IMG/VR virus record: IMGVR_UViG_3300031509_000001
Coordinates: 2,136-66,135 of that record
Source of the DNA: a virus
Lineage: Duplodnaviria > Caudoviricetes
Length of the DNA: 64,000 nt
Reading direction: 5' to 3' (one strand)
The notes beneath the pieces were generated by a model. The model saw nothing but the letters and a program-made list of their open reading frames with translations, was not told the DNA's origin and did no database searches. Each line of letters starts with the position of its first letter. Position 1 is the stretch's first letter. The position numbers and the translations under genes were made by a program. Below are positions 55,916 through 64,000 of the stretch, piece after piece.

Positions 55916-56191
55916 ATGGCAAAATGGAAAGTTCTGGCCTGTCCATCGTGTAATGGTCGAGGCGTTGTAGCCTTGTACACTCTTGGTGGTACGGACTTCA
56001 TTGGGCCGACTGAGTGTCCGGACTGCAGTGGCGGGGTGGTGTTTGTCTCAGATAAGGACCGTGTTGCGGATTATCCAGGCGGCCCGCTTCGTGGACAGTG
56101 GCCTGGGGCATTTGCACGGGCGGCTCAGGTCTTTTGGACCACACCGCCTGTGCTTGTTGATGAGGGCCAGAAGCCATGCAAGGGCCACTGA
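55916..56191 (+). CDS. Zn-finger protein (CxxCxGxG)
   Basis: CPSCNGRG...CPDCSGG; GGAGG RBS. Confidence 0.65.
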   Translation: MAKWKVLACPSCNGRGVVALYTLGGTDFIGPTECPDCSGGVVFVSDKDRVADYPGGPLRGQWPGAFARAAQVFWTTPPVLVDEGQKPCKGH

Positions 56192-56604
56192 TACCATCAT
56201 TACACGTTGATGTTCCTGAGACTCCTCGGACGCCAATGCCGTCGGATGCTCCGGCGGCGTTGGCGCTCTGGAACGAGGACCAACAGAACAAGTGGGCCCT
56301 CTGGCGCGAGCGGTTGATCATCTCTTTGGATCAGCTAGCGCAGGCAGTATCCAGGTTGTATGGTGATCTGTCAGGCACGGCGCTGCTAATCCAGCAGTTG
56401 CAGAATGGGATTGGCTCGCTGCAGTCGGCGCTGAACAATCTGCAGGGTAATGACCTTGCGCAACTGCTGCAGCGTATGGATGCAATTGAGACGCAAATCT
56501 CAGAACTTGTGAGTCGCATTGAAGACCTAGAAGGGCGCATGGATGACGCCGAGGACAGGCTGGACGATCACGAGGCCAGAATTTCCGCGCTGGAGGGAGG
56601 ATGA
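56176..56604 (+). CDS. coiled-coil virion protein
   Basis: Heptad repeat ending DHEARISALE, reminiscent of P22 gp26 tail-needle coils. Confidence 0.55.
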   Translation: MQGPLIPSLHVDVPETPRTPMPSDAPAALALWNEDQQNKWALWRERLIISLDQLAQAVSRLYGDLSGTALLIQQLQNGIGSLQSALNNLQGNDLAQLLQRMDAIETQISELVSRIEDLEGRMDDAEDRLDDHEARISALEGG

Positions 56605-56607
56605 TAT

Positions 56608-57771
56608 ATGCCCAGTTTGATGGTAAGACAACCTGTGTCGTATATGCCGTGGCAGGATCCGCTGTCCACAACGCGCTCGCCTGCTGAACGCGACTGGCTT
56701 CGTCGATCTGCTGCGCATCAACAATCTGACTGGCAAGCCTTAATGAATGCGCTTGGGCCACAGTTGCGACAGCAGGCCTGGTGGCAGACGCGGACTCCAG
56801 CCGACCTGTTTGCCACACAGGAGTTTGTCCGTTCTCCTGCGCTTGCCGGCTATGCGCAACAGATGCAGCAGGGGCTCAACACGCTGTTGGGGCAGGATGC
56901 GCGCACGGCTGCGAGGGCTGGCGGGTTACTTGAACAGCAGATTCAGTCTGTTGCTGCCCAGCGGCCTCAGATTATGGCCGCCTATGACCAATTGGCAGGG
57001 GCAATTCGCGGGGCAATGGCTGGAACACAACAATGGGCTTCACCGGAGTCGTTCCAGCAACGCATCGCCCCATTTTATCAGGCCTATACACAGGGGCTTC
57101 TCAGGCAGGTTCAGCCGCGCAGAGAGGCAGCCATTGCCGACCTGATTCAGCAACTAAACCAAGCGCAACAGGCCAGAGAGTCTTTTGCGTCCAATCAAAT
57201 GCGACAGATTGCCGACCAAGCTGCTCAGATTGCAACGGCCAATGCTCTGCGCAACGTGAACATCTGGGGTGCTGCGCAGGGGGCACGCGGGGCGGGGACA
57301 TCCCTGGCGACCCTGGCGGCAAGGGCTGCGACAGAGGCTGCCCTGCCCTTCCAGTCGCAATGGGCGCAGACGATGCTGAACGTGCTGGGTGGTCGTGGTA
57401 ATGTCGCTGGAGCCACATTTGACGCGCGCCGCTATGGGACAGAAGCTTTGGCTGGCACACTGGCTGACCTGTACAGTCGTGGGGCCGGCATCGTCGATTA
57501 CACAACCCGCATGGCACCGGGCTTCTATCAGAGCATGCTGGGATATGGAGCCCAACTGGCTGACCTGCCCAGGCAGCGGCTTCTCATGGATCTTGGCCTT
57601 ACGGAGCAACAACTGCAGGCTGTAGGGCAGCAGCGTGATATTCAACAGGATGCTTATCAGCGCGCGCTACAGAACATCGCCGCCTGGGCGCAATTGCGCG
57701 GGCTTGGTGTGGAGGACGTGGTCTATCCTCGGTTCCCCAATTACATCGGCATTCCAACCTACTTCGTGTAA
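56608..57771 (+). CDS. putative ejection/DNA-pilot protein
   Basis: Ala/Gln/Gly-rich helical protein in the gene block before the giant ORF; GGAGG RBS. Confidence 0.55.
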   Translation: MPSLMVRQPVSYMPWQDPLSTTRSPAERDWLRRSAAHQQSDWQALMNALGPQLRQQAWWQTRTPADLFATQEFVRSPALAGYAQQMQQGLNTLLGQDARTAARAGGLLEQQIQSVAAQRPQIMAAYDQLAGAIRGAMAGTQQWASPESFQQRIAPFYQAYTQGLLRQVQPRREAAIADLIQQLNQAQQARESFASNQMRQIADQAAQIATANALRNVNIWGAAQGARGAGTSLATLAARAATEAALPFQSQWAQTMLNVLGGRGNVAGATFDARRYGTEALAGTLADLYSRGAGIVDYTTRMAPGFYQSMLGYGAQLADLPRQRLLMDLGLTEQQLQAVGQQRDIQQDAYQRALQNIAAWAQLRGLGVEDVVYPRFPNYIGIPTYFV

Positions 57772-57774
57772 CAT

Positions 57775-59025
57775 ATGGCGACGGTTCTTGACCTGATCTA
57801 CAATCCGACCAGCCAACTGCCTTATCAGGACAGAATGCTGGTCCCTGTAGCAGCCCCGAGCATTTTCGGGGCGATTCAGCAGGTGCAGCAACTGGCCGCG
57901 CAGCGAGCCGAGGCAGACGCGATTGGGCGGCAGTCGTTGGCAGCGGCACTGAGGCAACAGCAGCTTCTTGCCGCACAACGCGCCGCGCAGCAGCAGCAGC
58001 TTGCGGCACTTAATGCCTTGGCCGCAATGGAAGCAGCGGAACGCCAGCGCCAATTTGAGGCAGAACAGCAATACCGAAAGCAGGCATTGGACTACGGCCT
58101 CAAGCGAGACCTTTTATCCGAACTCGACAAGCGCCAACGCGAAATCAAACAACAGGCGCTGACGGCAGAAAAAGAAGCCGCAGATCTTGCTGTTGGCGTC
58201 CTCGAAGAAGCGGAGAATCAGGCCAAACAAGCAGCGGCATCGCGACTTTCTGCTCTGCAAAGCATTGTTAACCAGAAAAATCCGCTGCCCTACCTGGACA
58301 CAATCCCACAGCTTTTTGAAGAAATTGCCGCAACAACCGAGGACCGATCGCCACTCAAGTCCTATGCAGCTCATTTAAAGGCACAGCTTGATGAATTCAA
58401 TCGTCTCTACGACTCTGTGTCCAATTCAGCCAACGAGGCCAATCTGATTCTGGCCCAGGAACTTCAACGCCAGATCGAACCGATTGGCCCAAAGGCGATT
58501 GCTGAACAGATCTGGCTGAACATGTCGCCTGAACAGCGAGCGACGGTGGGCGCGAACAAATCACAGGCAATCCAGAAACTCAGGAATGATCTGCAGCGCG
58601 CCATGGAGACAAGGCATATTCCTGATCTTGTGAGGTTCTTGGAGCTTGCAGGGCTTGGAGTTTCTGTGACTGCTGCCAAACAGGAAGCACTACGGCGCGT
58701 GAAGGCAACATTGGACGATCAGGCAAGACGATTCTTGCAGCTGGGACCGGCAGGGTTCGAGCCAGGACTGGCCAAACCGCCATCGCCTTCAATCGTGGAT
58801 GAATGGGTTGAGTCTGCGTTGCAAATTAAGCCTCTTGTGCCCAGCAAGCCATTGTCAGAAAAATACAAGATTGCCAAGGAAGCATCAGAGAAGGCTTCGT
58901 CTCCATTCTTGAAGGAGCTTGAAAAGCTGCAGAACATGCGGCGAATGATAATGGCCGAAGAAACGAGGCCCAGAGAGTCGATGAGACAGCCCAGCGCCTT
59001 GCAGTCTCTGTCACCAACTCGGTAG
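57775..59025 (+). CDS. putative ejection protein
   Basis: Ala/Gln/Glu coiled coil, second gene of the block. Confidence 0.55.
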   Translation: MATVLDLIYNPTSQLPYQDRMLVPVAAPSIFGAIQQVQQLAAQRAEADAIGRQSLAAALRQQQLLAAQRAAQQQQLAALNALAAMEAAERQRQFEAEQQYRKQALDYGLKRDLLSELDKRQREIKQQALTAEKEAADLAVGVLEEAENQAKQAAASRLSALQSIVNQKNPLPYLDTIPQLFEEIAATTEDRSPLKSYAAHLKAQLDEFNRLYDSVSNSANEANLILAQELQRQIEPIGPKAIAEQIWLNMSPEQRATVGANKSQAIQKLRNDLQRAMETRHIPDLVRFLELAGLGVSVTAAKQEALRRVKATLDDQARRFLQLGPAGFEPGLAKPPSPSIVDEWVESALQIKPLVPSKPLSEKYKIAKEASEKASSPFLKELEKLQNMRRMIMAEETRPRESMRQPSALQSLSPTR

Positions 59026-59041
59026 TGGATTCACATTGCCT

Positions 59042-62000
59042 ATGGCTCTCGACGTTTTGGAACGGAATCGCATTCTGGAAGGCGGGGTCATAAGGTCTCC
59101 ACTCATGGGGCTGGGGGCTGAGGATCCATTGGAGAATGAGCTTGGCGCAGAAGAACGACTCAATCTGGGACGCAATCCTCTTCTGCAGGGAGGGGTTGTT
59201 CGGTCTCCATTGATGGAGGCTCAAGCGCCGCCGCCTCCTCAAGATGAGGATTTGCAGCAAGAGGGTATTCAGTGGCAGCCAGAGGTTAGGCGCGGGCGCG
59301 CTTTACAATCCTTACGCGATCTTCTCCTGGGTGTGCCAGAGGGGGCTCTGCAAACCTACCGCGGAGCAGGGCAGATGCTGGGCGCCCTAGTCGGCGCGCC
59401 ACCGCGTATTGAGGACGTTGAGCCTACCAGTATTTACGGTCAATACGGGCGCGGCTTGGGCTCTGCGTTGGCACCTCTTGCCGTGATTGCAGGCGGGGCA
59501 TTGTTTGGTGTCAGCGCCCCTGTATCGGCTGGCATTGGCCTTGGCGTCATGGGTTTAGCAGAAGCCTGGGACGCCTACCAACGTGAACTCCAGAGGCAGA
59601 AAGAAGAAGAAGGCGGTTTTAACAAGGACAAGGCGCTTGCCAAGGCGGCTCTGTACGGCACTGGCTCTACTGCTTTGGAATTATTTATTGGCAAGGGCCT
59701 GCACGTTGCCGGGGTGAGCCCATCGGATGCTCTTTATCGCCTTTCAAGGCGGTTTTCTGGTTCTGCGGCCACAGCTAGGATGGCCACAGAACTAAGCGCT
59801 TCTGTGGTGGAAAACCTTGCGGAAGAGGCGTCTCAACGCGCGCTTCAGGACATCATTGTCGAAGGCAAACTGACGCCCGGCGTTGTGGAGGAAGGCGTCA
59901 TGGGTGGCCTGATCGGCCCGCCTGCGGTCTTGCTGGGCAAGCACGGAATTCGAGGTGCACTACGGCTGCGAGCGGCCATTACAGGTCGACAACCTGAAAC
60001 CACAGTCGAGCAGCTCCTTCGTTCTGCCGGTGTTGAGGCAGCCCATGCCTCGTCCGCTGCGGAATTGTTTTCGCAGGCCGCCGATGTTGTAGCAGACGCC
60101 GAGAAAATCCTGCCAGCGATCACACGACGAGAAGACCTGCAGCCCTACCTTACAGATGCAAATCGCACTGCTATTGCGCAAGGGCGTGCGCCCGATCCGT
60201 TTGCCAATCCTCAGCGGCCAGACGGAGCGGCCCTGCTGTGGAATGCATACAATGCGTTGATAGATGCCGGCGTACTCGCTCCACAGACGCGATTGACGGA
60301 CGATGGGAGAACAATCCTAGAAAGGTTTTCTCGCAGCCTCGCCCAATTGCAGGCAGCCGACCGGCTGGCTGGGCGACACGGCTCAGATGTAGCCAAACAG
60401 GTATTAGAAACGATCGAGAGGATCTATGAAGGAAAAGACATTGAAACAGGTAAGGTTCCTTCTGTCGCGGGCGAGTCCGTTGACCAACGCGCAGAAGGAA
60501 AGGCTAAAGAGGGAGTTGCGCAGCGGAGAGGTGCGCATCGTGAAGCGACCGAAAGGCCGACAGGGCGGCGCGGGGCAGAAGCGCCGCGTGCCCAAAGTAA
60601 GGAAGTATTCGCCGCGATAGGGCCTGAGGATTTACGCAAGCGCGTCTCTGCGTTATTGGAAAAGGCCCGCAAGCAGGTGCAGCAAGCCAAGCCGCAACAG
60701 CAGACTGCTGCTACAGCCCATCAGCCTGAACAGCAGCCTGCCACAGTGGCTCCGGCCCAACCAGCGCCTCAGCCTTCCACACAAGCGGTACCTGCTGCGC
60801 AGCCGGTCCAAGAGATGCCACCGCCTCAGCCTGCAGCAGTCCAGCCGGTCGCGGAAGGTGCGGAAACGAAACTTGAGGCCGCGCAACAGGAAGCAGCGGC
60901 CCCCAGGCAAGAGCAGCCCGAGGCTCCTCGCCCTGCAGAACAGCCGACTGCCCAGCCACAGCCACAAGAGGCAACTGCAGAAGCAGTGGCTCCGCCCCTG
61001 CAGCAAGAGGTGCAACCCGAAGTGCAGGATAAATTCAAGGAGCACCTGGACAGCATCTGGTGGCCTCTGCAGAGCGACCTTGCCGATTACGCTGAAGCGT
61101 CCAAAACGCAGCCGACCAAGGCCGCGGCCACGATGCGCAAAACCTTGGCGCAGGAGATTCGCAATCACATCGAGCAGATTCTCAATCAATATGGCCCTGG
61201 CGCTGCGCGGCAATTCTTGCTTTTGATCGGGCGCGCGCAAAAGAAACTAGGTGTAACCATTATCCCCAAATCCAGCAAACTTTGGGAAAAGTTCCTCAAC
61301 AAAAAGGAATACAAGGCTTTTGTACTGCGAGGCGTCTTGCCTGAGCCCGTCTACGAACACGTTGCATTCACGAAGCAAGAGCGGCGCCAAATGATTCGTT
61401 TGGGGCAGCAGCCTCCACCGTCACAGCCTGCTCCTGCCAAACAGCCTGCCGCGCCAGCAGCGACACCTGAAGAACCACGGCGCGAAGAAGCCCGAGTTGA
61501 GGAGCCCATTGCGCCCACGCCGCAAGCAACAGAGGCGGCAGAACAGCAGCCGCAGCCTGAGGCAGAAGCTGCCAGCACTGAAGCACAGCGCCGAGAAGAA
61601 GAAGTGCCACCACCGCAAGCTGTTCAGCCTCCTGCACAGCAGCCCGCGCCACCGCAGCCTCAACTGCCCGCAAGAGTTGAGACGCCAGCAGCAGTAGCAG
61701 AACTACCTGATTACAACATCCAGGCCAGAGACGCCGATAGCCATGAGACTTTCGAGCGTTACATCGCTTTCGGGAAAAATGTTAGTGTTGTAATAAGTTC
61801 GACGCATATACCGTTTATCGCTGAATCTGAGAAAAAGCATTGGTCTAAGGAAGACGAGAAGGCGCTTCGCCTTTTGTCACAATTGTTACCTTTCCAAGAA
61901 GATACATCTGACCCGCTTAACGCATGGCCGGATCTGCCTGTTGGTCAGCCCGGATCCGATGCACAATTTGTAGTTCTTGGATCTCGTTTGGAGCGGCTCG

Positions 62001-64000
62001 TTAGATCACAGGCATGGTTGTATTCTGAGGCCCTACTTGATTTAGAAGGATTGCGAGCGATCCAGGACCAGGACTTGCTGGTTGATGAATCAACAGGTAC
62101 GGCGTACTTCGATCCGCCATTGGTGAAAGCGATTAGGAATGCAATCTCCAAGGCCGATCCAAAGTTTGACCTTTACGCTCCAGATTTGCCGGCAACTCAA
62201 GAGAAAATACAGCATTTCAAAATACGTCTTTTGGAGGCACTGGCTTCCGCCACTTTGTCTGATGTAAAATGCATTGGACACATCGCCAACAACTCTCTTT
62301 CGCGGACGCAGGTTGTATTTTCAACGGGCACAACCCTGTTCCCGATTCACCTATTTCATCTTCGCGCCGTACTGAGCCTTTATCCTGACGCAACGCTGAA
62401 AGCTACCACCATACGTTTTTACAACCCTAAGCTTGAGTACGATGCGCTTGTCGTACACAGCCGCAAGGGTGAACTGTTGGCTGTTCTTGGAGCACATGCT
62501 CCAGGTGTACTACGATTACAGACTCATGTGGGGCTCGAAATAAAATACCCATATGACATCTTGCTCCGAGTCCCTCCCAGCATTCAACTCGTTAGGGTAT
62601 ACGATATACAATCTGGTAAATATTATCGGTTGCCCGATTGGCACAATGTGCCGATTGAAGAACACGCAAGGCTTCAGACATGGGTTAGGTATCCTGACGC
62701 TGCGCTTGCTGTTGTTACGTCACCTGATTTTGGGCGTCTTGAGCGGAAGTTGCAAGAGAAGGCAGAACGCCACGCTGCAGAGGCGCTTGAACGGGGCGCG
62801 CTAGTGGTATATGACAATCGGCACGTTGCCGTCAAAAAGCGCAGTCAACCTCAAATTATATCAAGGCTTGTCAGTAAGACGGCCATCGCCCTCAACAATC
62901 TTAAAAAAGCCTTGCATGACAAAAATGTTCTCGGGGATACCAAGCTTGTTATCAATCCAAACTACTATCTGGCAAAGCTACTGTCCTCCACGTTTCTCCG
63001 CGCTCGCGCTGATGAAAAAACCAAGATACTGAAGGGTGTCTTTGTAAATGCCCGTTACATAGGCGTTGCTACTAAAGAGCTGTTAAATGCAATTCCTACG
63101 CCATCTTATTTGTCCACGGCCACGGATCAATATAAAGACCTGAAGCCCTTTACATACGCTGCTGCTTTGTTTGAAGACGCAGCCGTAACGCAACTATTTG
63201 TCGTCATTGATAAGAATGTTGCATCTGTTATTGTAAAAGAAATCGAGGTCAGACGTAAGAATGATCCGAAATTCAAAGAGATCAAGGAGCAGCGCATCAC
63301 AAAGGGCATACCGAACTACAAGAATCTTCTCGACAGCTATTTTCGGATAACAGACACGCGCCTTATTGCCAGACCGATTGGGATTGCCGTTGATGAGAGC
63401 GAGGGGAAAGGCGTATGGCAAAAACGTGTTCCCATTTGTGTTGTGTTGACAGATGGGCAACACACAGTAGCCATCCCAGCTGGTCTTTACAAAGTCCTAA
63501 ATGACATCAGTGTACCCTATAATCTTCACGTGACGGATTTTGGCCGTGGAAGTCGCTACTTGCTTATAACAAACAAGCGCTCTGGAAAACCGATTGGCGT
63601 TATTGCCGGAAAGTCTGTAGGCAACAGAATTGCTCCGGTTGTTAACGCAGAAATTGTCAAAGATCGGCTGCCAGACGGCAATGTTATTTATAGGCCTTCT
63701 TACATCAGAGTATATGATGATGAACTAGTGCTTGCTGCACAGAATGGCGACACATTTGCGCTGATTGAAGCATTCAATCGTGGCATCATTAATGACAGCA
63801 TGCTGTATACTGTCGGCAGTCTGGTCCGCGGCTTTAAGTTGTTCATTCCATCTCCAGCAGGCGAGAAAATCCGTCGACAAACGGTTGATCCCCGGGCATT
63901 CTCTGGCAAAACACAGGAATTACAGTCGCAACTGGCCGCAGAAGCTGCGCTCCCTAAGGAAGAACGGCCAGCTGAAGCGGCGCCACCGCAACCTGCTCAA
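59042..64000 (+). CDS. N-terminal part of a giant virion/ejection protein (missing from the ORF track; runs off the window)
   Basis: ATG GCT CTC GAC at 59042; I read frame 2 without a stop to base 64000 (1653 codons, MALDVLERNRILEGG...AAPPQPAQ). Gly/Ala hydrophobic region, then Pro/Gln/Ala linkers and globular inserts. Confidence 0.8.
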   Translation, partial: MALDVLERNRILEGGVIRSPLMGLGAEDPLENELGAEERLNLGRNPLLQGGVVRSPLMEAQAPPPPQDEDLQQEGIQWQPEVRRGRALQSLRDLLLGVPEGALQTYRGAGQMLGALVGAPPRIEDVEPTSIYGQYGRGLGSALAPLAVIAGGALFGVSAPVSAGIGLGVMGLAEAWDAYQRELQRQKEEEGGFNKDKALAKAALYGTGSTALELFIGKGLHVAGVSPSDALYRLSRRFSGSAATARMATELSASVVENLAEEASQRALQDIIVEGKLTPGVVEEGVMGGLIGPPAVLLGKHGIRGALRLRAAITGRQPETTVEQLLRSAGVEAAHASSAAELFSQAADVVADAEKILPAITRREDLQPYLTDANRTAIAQGRAPDPFANPQRPDGAALLWNAYNALIDAGVLAPQTRLTDDGRTILERFSRSLAQLQAADRLAGRHGSDVAKQVLETIERIYEGKDIETGKVPSVAGESVDQRAEGKAKEGVAQRRGAHREATERPTGRRGAEAPRAQSKEVFAAIGPEDLRKRVSALLEKARKQVQQAKPQQQTAATAHQPEQQPATVAPAQPAPQPSTQAVPAAQPVQEMPPPQPAAVQPVAEGAETKLEAAQQEAAAPRQEQPEAPRPAEQPTAQPQPQEATAEAVAPPLQQEVQPEVQDKFKEHLDSIWWPLQSDLADYAEASKTQPTKAAATMRKTLAQEIRNHIEQILNQYGPGAARQFLLLIGRAQKKLGVTIIPKSSKLWEKFLNKKEYKAFVLRGVLPEPVYEHVAFTKQERRQMIRLGQQPPPSQPAPAKQPAAPAATPEEPRREEARVEEPIAPTPQATEAAEQQPQPEAEAASTEAQRREEEVPPPQAVQPPAQQPAPPQPQLPARVETPAAVAELPDYNIQARDADSHETFERYIAFGKNVSVVISSTHIPFIAESEKKHWSKEDEKALRLLSQLLPFQEDTSDPLNAWPDLPVGQPGSDAQFVVLGSRLERLVRSQAWLYSEALLDLEGLRAIQDQDLLVDESTGTAYFDPPLVKAIRNAISKADPKFDLYAPDLPATQEKIQHFKIRLLEALASATLSDVKCIGHIANNSLSRTQVVFSTGTTLFPIHLFHLRAVLSLYPDATLKATTIRFYNPKLEYDALVVHSRKGELLAVLGAHAPGVLRLQTHVGLEIKYPYDILLRVPPSIQLVRVYDIQSGKYYRLPDWHNVPIEEHARLQTWVRYPDAALAVVTSPDFGRLERKLQEKAERHAAEALERGALVVYDNRHVAVKKRSQPQIISRLVSKTAIALNNLKKALHDKNVLGDTKLVINPNYYLAKLLSSTFLRARADEKTKILKGVFVNARYIGVATKELLNAIPTPSYLSTATDQYKDLKPFTYAAALFEDAAVTQLFVVIDKNVASVIVKEIEVRRKNDPKFKEIKEQRITKGIPNYKNLLDSYFRITDTRLIARPIGIAVDESEGKGVWQKRVPICVVLTDGQHTVAIPAGLYKVLNDISVPYNLHVTDFGRGSRYLLITNKRSGKPIGVIAGKSVGNRIAPVVNAEIVKDRLPDGNVIYRPSYIRVYDDELVLAAQNGDTFALIEAFNRGIINDSMLYTVGSLVRGFKLFIPSPAGEKIRRQTVDPRAFSGKTQELQSQLAAEAALPKEERPAEAAPPQPAQ

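Overview
The window is most of the genome of a tailed dsDNA phage, probably podovirus-like, and looks circularly permuted because a giant ORF is open at both window edges. I saw no integrase, DNA polymerase, primase, tRNA, rRNA or CRISPR array. Modules in order: (i) end of a giant virion/ejection protein (<1-6807); (ii) rightward replication genes (initiator, DnaB, a stop-interrupted metallophosphoesterase); (iii) a leftward recombination/replication operon (annealing protein, DUF2800 nuclease, i-type-like lysozyme, DnaN clamp, a second clamp-like protein, RusA); (iv) an 8-9 kb control/early region (20.5-29.4 kb); (v) leftward head and neck/tail genes (portal, scaffold, capsid, two paralogous Cys-rich proteins, a vWA protein); (vi) rightward terminase, fibre, lysis and ejection genes. 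The main finding is two diverged paralogous copies of a ~530-650 nt structured non-coding element (21.1-21.6 kb on +, 28.4-29.1 kb on -). Each has a near-consensus sigma70 promoter, they point at each other across the early genes, and they share sequence blocks, compensatory base changes and downstream short repeats. The second finding is an early Ycf46-like AAA+ ATPase whose Walker B segment lies before its Walker A segment. Protein features hint at a Verrucomicrobiota host (inference). All family calls come from reading motifs by eye; no database search was run.
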